Shown: piece by piece, positions 21,850 through 36,600 of the stretch | How the letters are laid out: each line of letters begins with the position of its first letter | Position numbering within the stretch: the first letter of the stretch is position 1 | From: Octopus bimaculoides | Taxonomy: Eukaryota | Assembly (NCBI RefSeq): GCF_001194135.2 | Contig: NC_069008.1 | Coordinates: forward strand, 12,594,830 to 12,658,829 | DNA: 64,000 bases | Direction: 5' to 3' | Notes under the pieces: generated by a model | Told to the model about the DNA's origin: nothing | Database searches by the model: none | The model's input: only the letters and a program-made list of their open reading frames with translations | Position numbers and translations under genes: made by a program

Positions 21850-23380
21850 GAGAGGCTCTTTGTTCGTAACAATGTTAATAGCGCTCCAAACTTTGCCCAG
21901 CGAGTTTTAATTCTGGTAGCTACACTTTCAGAGCATTCTCCTCCACTGTTAATTAAGTCACTTACATAACAGAAACTACTGCTACCTCTAAAGATCCTCC
22001 TGGGCATTCCAGGAATTCTATTCCCAGTGTGTCTTTAGTGTTCGCTGGTCCTACAAATCTGCCACAAAACTGTTTTGTCTGTTAACTTTTCTTTGTTTCC
22101 ACAACATCCCTTATCTGTCCATTGCTTGCACTGGATATACCAGAACGAATTTGTGTGTATTGGCACTTCGTCGCTTACGCCATCGAGCGTTCCAGTTGAT
22201 CCAATCAACGGAACAGCCTGCTCATGAAATTAACGTGCAAGTAGCTGAGCATGTACCCTTAACGTAGTTCTCAGGGATATTCAGCATGACACAGTGTGAC
22301 AAGGCTAACCCTTTGAATTACAGGCGCAACAGAAACAGGAAGTAAGAATGAGAGAAAGTTGTGGTGAAAGAGTACAGCAGAGTTCGCCACCATCCCCTGC
22401 CGGAGCCTCGTGGAGCTTTAGGTGTTTTCGCTCAATAAACACTCACAACGCCCGGTCTGGGAATCGAAACCGCGATCCTATGACCGCGAGTCNNNNNNNN
22501 NNATGAAATTAACGTGCAAGTAGCTGAGCATGTACCCTTAACGTAGTTCTCAGGGATATTCAGCATGACACAGTGTGACAAGGCTAACCCTTTGAATTAC
22601 AGGCGCAACAGAAACAGGAAGTAAGAATGAGAGAAAGTTGTGGTGAAAGAGTACAGCAGAGTTCGCCACCATCCCCTGCCGGAGCCTCGTGGAGCTTTAG
22701 GTGTTTTCGCTCAATAAACACTCACAACGCCCGGTCTGGGAATCGAAACCGCGATCCTATGACCGCGAGTCCGCAGCCCTAACCACTAGGCCATTGCGCC
22801 TCCACACCAGAACGAATTTACATACACCATTTTGACATATCGAGGAAGCGATTACTATTCAGCTTGTTTTCCTGTTTATTACCACTTTGCCTTTTGCTAA
22901 GTTAAACTCTCAGATCCCTTGATTCTACACCTGAAATTTCTTCTGTAGATTAGCATAAAGGAGCTTCCACGTGCCATAGATCTTACCACCTCTATTACAG
23001 ACTGCAGGATTTTGATAAATAAAGGGAGGCTGAGAAATGAATTCTTTCTGCACATTGAATCCATTGCTTCATACATCAGTGACTTTCACCTGACTGTCAG
23101 CACCACCATACATGGTTTTGAGGTCTCTCACCTATTATTCATCGACCCCTAGCTTTGACAACAAACACCAGATATGGGATACAAGACTTTTTCCACACCA
23201 ACATATACTCATTACAAAATAAAATAATTAAGAAAAATAACTAAGAATGGGTAGTAAGATGAATTTGGGCAAATCTTACAGACAACACCACAGTACATGG
23301 CTTGGATGGTTCTCACCAGTCATTTGTCTATCCCTAGCTTCTGTAGCAACTGACATATACAAGACAGGGTTGCTGTCAAG
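21850..23380 (-). mobile_element. ancient RTE RT/post-RT relic downstream of ZNF-C (interrupted by a SINE, partly tandem-duplicated)
   Basis: Degenerate homology to the RT region and to the Cys-rich post-RT region seen at 40260-40660. Confidence 0.6.
22153..22805 (-). mobile_element. tRNA-headed SINE with a 14 bp TSD
   Basis: Head GGAGGCGCAATGGCCTAGTGGTTAGG...GGTTTCGATTCCC. TSD accagaacgaattt at 22139-22152 and 22806-22819. The internal duplication across the 10-N gap is probably an assembly artefact. Confidence 0.85.
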
Positions 23381-23515
23381 TTATATATACAATAAAAAAT
23401 ATATATACAATAAAAAAACCAAGAGTTAAGAAAATAATTCAGTGAGCAGTAGAATGAACTTGGATAATAATGGGAAATAAAGGTATATTAAATGCAATAC
23501 GAAATAAATTCATCA

Positions 23516-23521
23516 TTTATT
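23516..23521 (-). terminator. poly(A) signal of ZNF-C
   Basis: tcAATAAAtgatgaatt on the minus strand. Confidence 0.55.
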
Positions 23522-23934
23522 GAAACTATCACTAATGACTTGAATTTTCACAGACAGTTACTGTGGTATATGAATACCGACGTTTTGTTAAGTGAATCCT
23601 TTGAGGAAAGATCAGCCATAAATATCATACATCGTTTCTCATATGTAGCTAAATTACTTGATCTAGACAAAGATTTACTAGAGATAACAAATTTATATGG
23701 CTTCTCTCCTGTATGAATAAATATGAGTGAAGTGAAGTGACCATTTTGAGAGAATAATTTACCACAGATATAATAGAGATATGGCTACTACGTTGTGTGA
23801 ATGTTTGTGTTTAACGTAAGACTGTGTTGAGTCTGAGAAGGATTCTGAGAGAATGATTTACCACAGGATCTCTTGCATGAATACATTTGTGAATGGTAAC
23901 ATCTCTACTTTGAGAGAATAATTTTCTACAGATA

Positions 23935-25311
23935 TCACTGATATGATTGCTCTCCCATGTGAATTTGTTTGTGTTTAGTTAAATTACCTCTAAAAGAGAA
24001 TGATTTGCCACAGATATCACAATGATATGGTTTCTCACCTGTGTGAATACGTATGTGTGTTGTTAAGTTACAACTTTCTGAGAATGATTTACCACAAACA
24101 TCACAGTGATATGGCTTCTCTCCTGTATGAGTTCGTTTGTGTTCAGTTAGGTGATGACTTTGAGAGAATGATTTACCACAGATATTACAATGATATGGTT
24201 TCTCTCCTGTATGACTTCGTTTGTGTTCAGTCAAGTGACAATTTTGAGAGAATGATTTACCACAGATATCACACTGATATTGTTTCTCTCCTGTATGAAC
24301 ACGTATGTGTTTAGTTAAGCTGTTACTTGTAGAGAATGATTTACCACAAATATCACAATATGATTTCTCTCCTGTGTGAATGTGTTTGTGTTTATTTAAG
24401 TAACACTTTACAGAGAATGATTTGCCACAGATATCACACTGAAATGGTTTTTCTCCTGTATGAATACTTTTGTGTATCACTAACTTACAACTTTCAGAGA
24501 ATGATTTATAGCATATATTACAGTGATATGGCTTCTCTCCTGTATGACTTCGCTTGTGTATAGTTAAATTACTACTTTGAAAGAATGATTTGCCACAGAT
24601 ATCACAATGATATGGTTTCTCTCCTGTATGAATGCGTTTGTGTTTAGTTAAGTCGTTACCTCCAGAGAATGATTTACTACAAACATCACAATAATATGGT
24701 TTCTCTCCTGTATGAATATACTTATGTCTAGTTAAGTAACTCTTTACAGAAAATGATTTGCCACACACATCACAATGATATGGTTTCTCACCTGTGTGAA
24801 TACGTTTGTGTGTCATTAAGTTACAACTTTTAGAGAATGATTTGTCACATATATCACAGTGATATGGTTTCTCTCCAGAATGAATACGTTTGTGGTCAGT
24901 TAAGTGATGATTTTGAGAGAATGATTTGCCACAAATATCACAGTGATATGGATTCTCACCTGTATGAATACGTTTGTGAACAGTTAAATCCCCACTTTGA
25001 GAGAATGATTTGCCACAGATATCACAGTGATATGGTTTCTCTCCTGTATGAATACGTCGGTGTTTAATTAAGCTGCTACTCACAGAGAATGATTTACCAC
25101 ATATATCACAGTGATATGGCTTCTCTCCTGTATGAATGCGTTTGTGTGTTTTTAAGTTACCACTTCCAGTGAATGATTTACCACAGATATCACACTGATA
25201 TGGTTTCTCTCCTGTATGAGTGTATCTGTGTGTTATTAATGTACGACTGTTAGAAAATGATTTCCCACAAGCATCACAGTGGTGTGATGTTTTCCCTTGC
25301 TCTTTACTCAT
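23935..25311 (-). CDS. C2H2 zinc-finger array protein ZNF-C (16 fingers)
   Basis: Intact finger array on the minus strand. ATG at 25311. Acceptor at 25712-25713. Candidate upstream donors at 27084 and 27815. Confidence 0.92.
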   Translation of the reverse strand: MSKEQGKTSHHCDACGKSFSNSRTLITHRYTHTGEKPYQCDICGKSFTGSGNLKTHKRIHTGEKPYHCDICGKSFSVSSSLIKHRRIHTGEKPYHCDICGKSFSQSGDLTVHKRIHTGENPYHCDICGKSFSQNHHLTDHKRIHSGEKPYHCDICDKSFSKSCNLMTHKRIHTGEKPYHCDVCGKSFSVKSYLTRHKYIHTGEKPYYCDVCSKSFSGGNDLTKHKRIHTGEKPYHCDICGKSFFQSSNLTIHKRSHTGEKPYHCNICYKSFSESCKLVIHKSIHTGEKPFQCDICGKSFSVKCYLNKHKHIHTGEKSYCDICGKSFSTSNSLTKHIRVHTGEKQYQCDICGKSFSQNCHLTEHKRSHTGEKPYHCNICGKSFSQSHHLTEHKRTHTGEKPYHCDVCGKSFSESCNLTTHIRIHTGEKPYHCDICGKSFSFRGNLTKHKQIHMGEQSYQ

Positions 25312-26152
25312 GTCACTAGGCAAATCAATTCTTTTGTGTTTTATATTTAAACTTATTCACACAACATTCAACTTCCATTGTTTATCTTTTCTCATGACAA
25401 TATAGAGATATTTATCTTCTTTACATTTCTATATTTTATTGCTATTAAATATTTCTATTACTATGATTTTTGTCAATATCTTGAACAAGTTGTTAAGTCC
25501 TTTTTTAACTCAAATGCAAAGTCATCTTGTTCATATTCCAGACAGTCAACAAAAGAATTATTGCTATCAATCTCAGTTTACAAAATATATTTGCCTGTAA
25601 GTTGCCATAGACTTACATAAGGAGAGTTATGGCTTTCCTGTCTGACATTTTCGTTCAGTCTTCAAAAGATGATAGACATTGACGATGTATAGAATTCTTT
25701 GGTGCCAATGCCTGAAATACCAGAGAAACAACAGTATAAGATAAAGGGAATATTTAAAATACGACTGGATAAATTCTAGTGTATTTTTAGAGTTAAGCTG
25801 TAGGAATAAACATTTACCTGAACAACTGAACTGTACTCTACCTCTTTTGAAGATGTATTATATAATGGTGAAGATATATTATATGTACAGAACAAGAAGC
25901 TTGTTTTGAAACTATGTGGGTCTTGTGTTCATTTTCACTGTGTGACATGTTGGATATGTATCTTCTCCTCTAGTCCCAGGTCAACCAAAGTCTTGTGATG
26001 TATATTATGGCATACCTTTCTCGCCTACGCTCTAAGAAATAGAGTCTTAATCTCTTGAGTCTTTCCAATAGCTTATATGCTGCATAGAGGCTATCTTCTT
26101 CGTGTAGCTTCATTGGATTGCCTCAAGTTCTGAGATTAATTTATATACCACA

Positions 26153-26512
26153 CATACAATGTGGTATCAAAAAGTTTCCAGACTCTGTAGCATGCAAGTA
26201 GATGGCAGCACGTGGTTGTATGTGCAGTGAGAGCTAGCGGTGACATTGTTGTGTTTACTTCAGAAGTTGTGAAATTTATGTTTTCATGATCATGTGTGTG
26301 TTGTAGTCGGCAATTTTGAAATGGCCAGGAACAATGAGCCAATGTGAAATTTTGCGTTAAGCTTAGTAAGTCTGCTAGAGACACTGACCATGTTTCAGCA
26401 AGCTTACGGGAATGAGGCAGTGTTTTGAGTGGCACTAGCAGTTCAAAAGTTGAAGAATGTCCCTGGAAGACGATGAGCAATCTGGAAGCCCTGCCTCGAG
26501 AGTCACTCTCAG
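26153..26512 (+). mobile_element. mariner element 5' part
   Basis: TIR tacaatgtggtatcaaaaagtttccagact and an EQ*ANVKFCVKLSKSA N-terminus; same family as 43329-44205. Confidence 0.75.
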
Positions 26513-27084
26513 ANNNNNNNNNNNNNNNNNNNNNNNNNNNNNNNNNNNNNNNNNNNNNNNNNNNNNNNNNNNNNNNNNNNNNNNNNNNNNNNNNNNNNNN
26601 NNNNNNNNNNNNNCCCGTTTTTTTTTTTTTTTAGTATAAAGTTTTTTAAAATGGATGAATCTTTAAGTTTTTGCATACATTATTTATTTTGTATATATTT
26701 CCCATTTTCATAACTCTTCTTCATTGCATGTCATTTAATTCGAGAGGTGCATTTCTCATTTCTTTTCCAGCTGGGTTTTTATTTTCGTGACGGGCTTAAA
26801 CTGTATATTGACCAACAAAACATTTGCCCCTTGTTTTTTTTACACCTATTACACTTTTTTCTTTTGTTGTTTTGGTGACCGAGAGTTAAAGTAAACTTTA
26901 ACCGTTTTATTTTACAATATCCAGTTTTCACAAACCTGTAATTACGTCTAAACCTGTTTAATCATTGATTTTAGACAAGGTGGAGAATAAAATTTATATC
27001 AATGTCTGACACACTACATCAAACGGTTTTACATTACGCTTGTCCAAATACTTTTACTAAAGTAACTGTATAATTATGTCTTAC

Positions 27085-27166
27085 CTGTTATAAAGCTCTG
27101 TTTATAGTGGAATATTTGCAATTACAACCAAAATATGTTTCATAGCGCCATTCTAACTGAAGTAAA
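27085..27166 (-). other. putative non-coding internal exon of ZNF-C
   Basis: ACAG|GTAAGA donor on the minus strand inside a block homologous to 6170-7200. Confidence 0.55.
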
Positions 27167-27371
27167 CTTTCGCAATGGAAATTATAAAAATAGACTCGGA
27201 AACATAAATGGCAAAATGCACTTTGATTCTGTTTTTAAAAGCTAGAAGAAAAACACATGCGTTTTATATCTCAAATTATTAACGTTAAATATACTGGAAT
27301 TTAAAAAATTTTATTTCAAATAAAAACTATGATGGCGTTCAGTAGATTTCTGCAGCTACAATATCTGAAAG

Positions 27372-27550
27372 GGTACTACTAAATCAGAATGGTCCCGAAC
27401 GCGCACCCGGGCAAGCTAATCGTGAGTGGTCGAGCCTACAAAAAGTGCGCGTGTGCAAATGAATACGTGTTTAGGGTTAGGGTTAGGATCGACCACTCAC
27501 GACTAGCAAGCGCGGACGCGCGACTGAGACGACTCTGCTTTAGTAGTACC
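27372..27550. mobile_element. palindromic MITE with internal TTAGGG repeats and an 8 bp near-TSD
   Basis: TIR ggtactactaaa(t/g)caga plus inner tcgtgagtggtcga/tcgaccactcacga. Flanks tctgaaag / tctgcaag. Core tttagggttagggttagg. Confidence 0.7.
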
Positions 27551-27815
27551 TCTGCAAGATATAGTGCTGTGACGGTAGTTACAATATAATTTTATTTTAA
27601 ATATGTTTCTAAAGAAGAATGATGTATCAGTCTTGCTTTAAATGAGTTCAAACAATAAATGAAGTATCATTCTCACTTCAAATTTGTTTCTTAAAAGTAA
27701 TTACACAGATGAAGAACGTGGATACTAGCTGGCAATGACCAGAGGTTTTACTACGTCTCGTTTCGCCCTTCCAGCTGAATGACTGTGGTTTGAAGGTACA
27801 TAAAATTGTTCTTAC

Positions 27816-28339
27816 CTCGACTTGCAATCGGGTACCGCCGGCAGAGTGATCATTTCTTCACCCGTGTTGTCACGACCTTTCTTTCTTCGCGACAGGCATC
27901 TGTCACTGCTCGTGTCCCCAGGAAGAAACCAAACGCAGAGAAAAACTTTTCTTCTCAATCGCTGACGTGACGTCATCTCTCGTCGCTTCCACCACATGCC
28001 GCCTGATCTAAAGATCACTGCGCCCTTGTTCTGTCTCGTAATCATCCATCCACCTGGTGGGGACGGCGTTCCCTTAGAGATCTCCGTAGTGTCTCTCGGC
28101 CGCCGTTCCCCTCCCTTTCGTCATCGGAACAGCTAATCAGTCTTCGAATATCTGGGACGTGACGCGGCGTTCCATCCACTGATACATTATTCGAAGTACT
28201 GATTGTATCAACTTTCCATTTTCCTACTGCGTTGTGCACCGAGTGTTAGGAGGCTTCACCCACACTTCATCTCCAACCTGCACACTTCTCGCTGCTGCGG
28301 CACCACGCTCGCGTGTCTCCATTTGTATGGAGGGGGACG
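27816..28339 (-). promoter_or_regulatory. CpG-rich putative promoter and non-coding exon 1 of ZNF-C
   Basis: Clearly GC/CpG-rich single-copy-looking island. TGACGTCA (CRE) near 27969. Strong minus-strand donor GAG|GTAAGA with GT at 27815-27814. CCAAT/octamer motifs just upstream. Confidence 0.55.
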
Positions 28340-28881
28340 CGAAATTTTCTCTCCCCACGAGAGTTCCGGACCCCAGTAATGAACTTATTTGCATACAGCC
28401 AATCAGAGCAGTGCTACCTTTATCCTTTCTTCTTTTCTAGTCAGCATCGTGTATTCCTTACTCTTTCCCTCTCTATTGGCAGACAACAACTGTAGGGGCT
28501 TTAAGGTTTGATCATTTTCATTCAGTCAGGAAACAGGATCACACTTTAAACCTCTATAAATTTTTAAAAACATTTTTCTGGACAAAATGAAATAACTCCA
28601 GCAATTCAGTCTGGGCAAGTGTATTATTGTGCCAACGTTGGAGTAACCAGTGAACATCGAAGGATCAACACCAAGAAGGAAGAAATATTATTTACATATT
28701 CGTTTGCCCGACAGGTAGTAAGGGGACGGAGAAGTTGCTGTCTGCCAGTAGAGTGGGAAAGAATAAGGAATGCACAGTGCTGACTAGAAAGGAAGAAAGG
28801 ATAAAGGTGGCTCTGCTCTGATTGGCTGTAAGCAAATGAGTTCCTTACTGGGATCCAGAACTATCGTGGGGAAAAATTTCG
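28340..28881. mobile_element. inverted-repeat element with ~150 bp TIRs carrying octamer + CCAAT
   Basis: 28340-28491 is mirrored by 28733-28881. A third arm follows at ~28890-28960. Consensus arm motif ATTTGCATacagCCAATca (the second arm has ATTTGCTT). Confidence 0.7.
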
Positions 28882-29207
28882 TATGTGGAACACAAAATTT
28901 TTTTCCCACAAGAGTTCCAGACACGAGTTATGAACTCATTTGCATACAGCCAATCAAAGTTCAACTATCAAACNNNNNNNNNNCTGGGATCCAGAACTAT
29001 CGTGGGGAAAAATTTCGTATGTGGAACACAAAATTTTTTTCCCACAAGAGTTCCAGACACGAGTTATGAACTCATTTGCATACAGCCAATCAAAGTTCAA
29101 CTATCAAACTAATTTATGAGTGCATAACAAGTGATGGGCGATAGAATAAGGTCACTTGGGTAAGGAATGACCATGCTTCTTTCCTCTTTTAATAATGCTT
29201 ATTATTA

Positions 29208-29425
29208 AGGCGGCGAGCTGGCAGAACCGTTAGCACACTGGGCTAAATGCTTAGCGGTATTTCGCCTGTCTTTACGTTCTGAGTTCAAATTCCGCTGAGG
29301 TCAACTTTGCCTTTCATCCTTTCAGGGTCGATAAATTAAGTACCAGTCGCATACTGGAGTCAATCTAATCGACTGGCCCCCTTCCCCGAAATTTTGGGCC
29401 TTGTGCCTTGAGTAGAAAAGAATAA
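29208..29425 (+). mobile_element. tRNA-headed SINE with a conserved central domain
   Basis: A/B-box-like head and a central GTCAACTTTGCCTTTCATCCTTTCAGGGTCGATAAATTAAGTACCAG segment; superfamily not assigned. Confidence 0.75.
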
Positions 29426-29689
29426 TGTTTGTTGTTCTTGTCCTTGTTTCAACCATGGCTGCCTCTGTGTAGTTATTTGTATTGTTGTTTACCTTGTAAA
29501 ACAGTAAGGGGAAAGGGTTGCTAGCACACTCTCCCCAATGGGACCCTAACAAAAATCCAATAATAGGTATAGATGCAAATCTATCTAATTACTTGTCTCC
29601 TAAAATCAGGCATAACTTGGCGAAATTTCATGTTGGTTCTTTGTTCCAACTTCCTGTCCATGACAAAATCAGACTACAGTATACATGTG

Positions 29690-29871
29690 ATCACATAAAC
29701 ACAAATTTCATTTAATTGTTTACATAGTGAAATCACATTTTTTCATGAATGTACTGAGATTTGCACCAAAATTCTCACTTAAATATGGCTAGGCTATTTA
29801 GGGCCATTTTGGTGTCATTTGCCATAAAAATTCTCAGCTGGATTTGGGTGGTTTAAAACAAAAGGGTTAAA
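29690..29871 (-). mobile_element. piggyBac-like terminal fragment
   Basis: Begins TTAA CCCTT on the minus strand; homologous to 3590-3740. Confidence 0.6.
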
Positions 29872-30115
29872 CTCCATTCCTATAACATCAACGACTAAGG
29901 CAAATAAGAAGGTGTTAAAAACTGATCCATTGTGAGCTCCTACCAGCATACTGAATGCATTGCTATATGTATTACTGACTTTCACCTTATAGAAAACAGC
30001 ACAGTACACAGCTTGGAAGTTTCTCTCTCCAGTCATTCGTCTATCCCTAGCTTCCACGACAACTGCCAGATACAAGACAGAGGGTTGCAGTCAAGTAAGT
30101 TCTCCATGCTGACAT
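29872..30115 (-). mobile_element. ancient RTE RT relic downstream of ZNF-D'
   Basis: NAFSMLVGAHNGSVFNTFLF motif; paralog of 3385-3590. Confidence 0.7.
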
Positions 30116-30299
30116 ATATACAATAAAAAAACAAAACCTAAAACAATTAGCTCAGTGTAAACAATGCCATGAAATAGAATCAAAAGGCAAATAAAGTTAT
30201 ATTAAATACCACACAAAAGAAATTCATCATTTACTGAAACTATTATTGACAACCTGAATTTTCACATTGATACAGTTACTGTAGCAAATGAATACCTAC

Positions 30300-31690
<1,391 letters not shown>

Positions 31691-32309
31691 CAACAATAAT
31701 GATACATGCAGCATATCAAACATCAAATGAAGAATGTTCCTGGCTTTGGGTAAAAGAAAATACAATAGGATTAGTTAATTATGATTTTATTCAACATATT
31801 CCCCTCTCAGATTCACACACTTATTGCAGTGGTCCTTCAGTTTTTCTAAGCCCTGCAAAAGAACTCAGAAGGTTGGGCCTCCAACCAGGCCTTTGCAATA
31901 TCCTTAAAGCCAGGAACTTTTCAGTATTCCTTCATAGATATATCAGGGATAGATGCCCAGTCATTTTAATAACAACAAATTTATTTTTTATCAAAATTCA
32001 CAATGTGTATATCCATATTCTCATGATACAGAGGAAGCAGTATTTCTGTTCATCATCTTTATTAATTTAATGTCACATTCTCTTTAAAGACAAAATTATT
32101 TACAATACATACATTGTGTGAGTCTATTGACAGTTTGGAATGTGTTACTGGTTGGAACCCCCAGGTTTCCTGTCCTGAAATTGTTTGGTTAAGATATCAT
32201 GCTGATATAGTTTCTCTTTGTATGAATATGGCTTCTTTCTTATATGACTTTGTGTTAAGCAATTATACTGAAAGAATGATTTACCACAGATACCCCAGCA
32301 ATGTGGCTA

Positions 32310-34181
32310 CTATCCTGTGTGAATACATTTGTGTTTAGTCAAGGAGCTCTTTACATAGAAAGATTTGCCACAGATGTCACAATGATACGGTTTCTCTCCT
32401 GTGTGGATGCGTTTGTGAATAGTTACTTCACCACTTCGAAGGAATGATTTGCCACAGATATTACAGCAATACGGTCTTTCTCCTGTATGTATACGTTTGT
32501 GCTCAACCAGATGATGCTTTTGAGAGAATGATTTACCACAAATATTACAGCAATAAGGTCTCTCCCCTGTATGAATGCGTTTGTGCTTAGTTACGCTGCT
32601 GCTTACAGAGAATGATTTACCACAAATATCACAGCAATAAGGCTTCTCTCCTGTGTGAATACGTTTGTGATCAGTTACGTTGCTGCTTGCAGAGAATGAT
32701 TTACCACAAATATCACAGCAATAAGGCTTCTCTCCCGTGTGAATACATTTGTGTGTCGTTAAGCTACTACTTCCAGTAAATGATTTACCACAAACATCAC
32801 ACTGATATGGCTTCTCACCTGTATGTACACGTCTGTGTTTAGTTAACTTACAATTAAGAGAGAATGATTTGCCACAGATATCACATTGATATGGTTTCTC
32901 TCCTGTGTGAATACGTTTGTGGATAGTTAAGCTGCTGCTTACAGAGAATAATTTTCCACAAATATCACAGCAATAAGGTTTCTCTCCTGTATGGATGCGT
33001 TTGTGTTTAATCAAGGAACTTTGTATACAGAAACATTTTCCACAAATGTTGCAATGATATGGTTTCTCTCCTGAGTGGATGTGTTTGTGAATAGTCACAT
33101 CACCACGTCGAAGGAATGATTTGCCACAGATATTACAGCAATATGGTTTTTCTCCTGTATGTACATGTTTGTGGTCAATCAGATGATGCTTTTCAGAGAA
33201 TAATTTACCACAAATATCACAGCAATAAGGTTTCTCTCCCGTGTGAATACGTTTGTGTGTCGTTAAGCTTCCATTCTGAGAGAATGATTTACCACAAACA
33301 TCACACTGATATGGCTTCTCTCCTGTATGAATACGTTTGTGTTCAGTTAGGTGTGGATTATGAGAGCACGATTTACCACAGATATCACAATGATATAGCT
33401 TTTCTCCTGTATGTATACGTCTGTGTTTAGTTAAATTACAATTAAGAGAGAATGATTTGCCACAGATATCACATTGATATGGCTTCTCTCCCATGTGAAT
33501 ACGTTTGTGCTTAGTTAATTCGCTGCTTACAGAGAATGATTTACCACAAATATCACAGCAATAAGGTTTCTCTCCCGTGTGAATACGTTTGTGCTTAGTT
33601 AATTCGCTGCTTATAGAGAATGATTTACCACAAATATCACAGCAATAAGGTTTCTCTCCTGTATGGATGCGTTTGTGAATAGTCACATCACCACGTCGAA
33701 GGAATGATTTCCCACAAACATCACAGTGATATGGTTTCTCTCCAGTATGACTTCTTATGTGTTCAGTTAAATGGTGATTTTGCAAGAATGATCTACCACA
33801 GATATTACAGTGATATGGTTTCTCTCCTGTATGAATACGTTTGTGTCTAGTTATGCTACTAGTTGCAGAGAACGATTTACCACAGATATTACAACTAAAT
33901 GGTTTCTGTTCTGTATGAATATATTTGTGTTTATTTAAGTAATCATTTAGAGAGAATGAACTACCACAGATATCACAGTGATATGGTTTCTCTCCTCTAT
34001 GAACAATACGTTTGTGTCTGCTGAGGCTAGACTTATGAGCAAATGATTTACCACAGACATCACAATTATATGGTTCCTCTCCTGTATGAGTGTATTTGTG
34101 TGTTGTTAATGTACGACTGTTAGAGAATAATTTCCCACAAATATCATAGTGGTGTGGTGTTTTCGCTTTCTCTTTATTCAT
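32310..34181 (-). CDS. C2H2 zinc-finger array protein ZNF-D (22 fingers, first lacks Cys1)
   Basis: Intact 632-codon ORF. ATG at 34181. Acceptor at 34556-34557. Ends TAG TAG. N-terminus and last fingers closest to ZNF-A. Confidence 0.92.
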   Translation of the reverse strand: MNKEKAKTPHHYDICGKLFSNSRTLTTHKYTHTGEEPYNCDVCGKSFAHKSSLSRHKRIVHRGEKPYHCDICGSSFSLNDYLNKHKYIHTEQKPFSCNICGKSFSATSSITRHKRIHTGEKPYHCNICGRSFLQNHHLTEHIRSHTGEKPYHCDVCGKSFLRRGDVTIHKRIHTGEKPYCCDICGKSFSISSELTKHKRIHTGEKPYCCDICGKSFSVSSELTKHKRIHMGEKPYQCDICGKSFSLNCNLTKHRRIHTGEKLYHCDICGKSCSHNPHLTEHKRIHTGEKPYQCDVCGKSFSQNGSLTTHKRIHTGEKPYCCDICGKLFSEKHHLIDHKHVHTGEKPYCCNICGKSFLRRGDVTIHKHIHSGEKPYHCNICGKCFCIQSSLIKHKRIHTGEKPYCCDICGKLFSVSSSLTIHKRIHTGEKPYQCDICGKSFSLNCKLTKHRRVHTGEKPYQCDVCGKSFTGSSSLTTHKCIHTGEKPYCCDICGKSFSASSNVTDHKRIHTGEKPYCCDICGKSFSVSSSVTKHKRIHTGERPYCCNICGKSFSQKHHLVEHKRIHTGERPYCCNICGKSFLRSGEVTIHKRIHTGEKPYHCDICGKSFYVKSSLTKHKCIHTG

Positions 34182-35399
34182 ATCACTACACAAATCAATT
34201 CTTTTCAACTGTGTTTTATTTAAACTTATTCACACATCATTCAACTTCTATTCTTTTTCTTTTCTCATGACAATATAAAGATGTTTATCTTCTTTACATT
34301 TCTATATTTTATTCCTTTTAAATATTTCATCTATGTGATTTTGGTCAGTACATGGATTGGGTTGTAAACTCGTTTTTAAATCTGTCCAAGTTTGATTCAA
34401 ATGCAAAGTAATGTTGTTTACATTCCAGACAAAAGAATTATGGCTATCAGTCTCAATATGCAAGAAATATTTGCATGTTGTTTGGTATAGATTTGTATAA
34501 AATTTTCCTTGAAACTTGAAGATGTAAGAAAAATTTTTCGACACCAATTGTTATTCTGAAATAGAAAAACAACAGTATAAGATACAGGGGTGACTTAAAA
34601 TAAAAGCATGGAAATGTTTGTATATTTCAGATAGAGATAAACAGTAGAAATAAACATTTACTGGAACAACTGAACTGTTTCCCCCTATTTTCAAGATCTA
34701 TATGGGATTGTAGATATGTGTGTGTGTAGTGGGCATCTGACTATAAAATTTGCCTCAACAAATTCCATGCAAAGATGGAAGATTGGAAGGTAAATGATGA
34801 TGATGATTGTAAAATAGTAAATAAATTTAAATATATTAAAATATAAAAGATAAATATTAGTTTAATATGAATTCATCTTTCATGTTAAACAGATTATTGT
34901 TTGAATGGATTGAAAGAAAGCCTTCTTTTGGTGGTCTTTATCAATGGTAGCCTTTAGTCAATATCCAGTTGAATTAGGTGTCTGATGAAATGTCAGAAGA
35001 CAACCATCTCACTTCACTTTTACACACATATATCATTTTATATGAGGATATATTCACGGTGATATGATAAGAATATAAATTTGCGAATTGAATGTATTGA
35101 TTGTAATATGGAGTCCTATATTAATTTCAACAAGTTTAGAAGTGTTTTGGATGGGGAATATAAAAATCTATATATTGTAAGACTCCCAATGGAATAATCA
35201 TTACAATGTTAAATTTTTGTAAGACAATATCATCATCATCATCATCACTAAACCTCTAATTTCTATGTTGGCATGAGCTGGCCACCATGTATCTCTTTTG
35301 ACAGGTTGGCATGAGCTGGCCACCATGTATCTCTTTTGACAGGTTTTCTCTAACTAGAAGCCCTTCCAAATGCCAACCAACTGACACAGTGTATTGGAA

Positions 35400-36600
35400 G
35401 CTGTTTCAATGTGCCACTGGCATAGGCACCTACAAACCTGCAAGATTATAATCAATCACTTGGCTGAAAGAGGTATGTAGAGGACATACCTGTACCACAA
35501 TTTTACTTAGTATCATGTGATTTCTCAAGCACAGCAAACTGCTAAAAGTCTCAGTCCTTTTCATCTTGTTTGTGAGGCCCAACATCTGAAGATCCTTTCT
35601 CACCAATTTATCCCACGTCTTCCTGGGTCTACCTCTTCCACATATTGCCCCACAATTAGAGATCAGCACTTCTTGAGGCAGCTACCCTAATCACATGACC
35701 ATGCCAGTGCAGTCTTCTCTAATACTACGTCTCATGCCTTGTATAAACAATTTTTCTCTCAAATCACTTACACTCTATCATACATGCATACTGACATTAT
35801 CCATCCAGTGAAGTATGCTGGTTTCATTTCTTTCAATCCTTTCCATGTCCTCAGAAATTGCAGTCCATGTCTCACTGCCATGTAGCATAGTGTTTGTAAA
35901 CAAGCATCATACAATCTGCCTTTGTGTGAAGGTGGGGCCCTTTCTTATTAACAGAGGTAGAAGCTCTCTCGACTTTACCCCGGCCCACCTGACAAATGGA
36001 AACTATCTGCAACTGCTAAGGACTTCCTGGACATTTCACAGAGTCTATCTTCAATACATGCCTAGTGTTTAATATAACTGCATATCTGCTATATACAAAC
36101 GCAATTTTCTCTGTCAAGCTTCCTGTGATACCGCTGCACCTCTTACGTGTCCATAGCTTGCACTGGATACACTGTATGGAGTTTCTACTAACACCTTTTC
36201 TACATATCAAGCAGGGCCATCTACTTGAATGGATCAATGATTTCTCTCCTTTTCAACTTAAGATTTTGGTCTTTACTAAATTAACTCCAAAGCTCTTTGA
36301 TTCCAGTTCTCTGGTGTTGCTAGTAATTCAGCAATAAGGACAAGGCCATCAACATAGAGGATCTCCCAAAGGAAATCTGTCTTGAATTCCTTTATGGCCT
36401 GGAGGACAATGATAAACAGGAGGGGCTTGAGAACTGATCTTTGGTGAACTCTTGTCTGTACATTAAATTTGTTGCTACATTCATTGCCGACTTTTGCCTT
36501 AATGATAGCATCCTTGTACATGTCTTGTACAGCTCTTACCAACCACCTGTCTATCCCTAGCTTTCACATTGCATACCAGATAACAGAATGGGGGAACCTT
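35400..36600 (-). mobile_element. RTE-LINE RT/C-terminal fragment in the ZNF-D intron
   Basis: VHQRSVLKPLLFIIVLQ, ILYVDGLVLIAE, WPCLICRKGVSRNSIQC and GRGRPRKTW motifs. Confidence 0.8.

Noticed and set aside
22247-22770. ~250 bp exact tandem duplication inside the SINE
   Set aside because: The copies sit either side of a 10-N gap, typical of unmerged contig overlap.
28851-29110. ~125 bp exact duplication of the octamer/CCAAT arm
   Set aside because: Also flanks a 10-N gap; probably an assembly artefact, so only three arms are counted.
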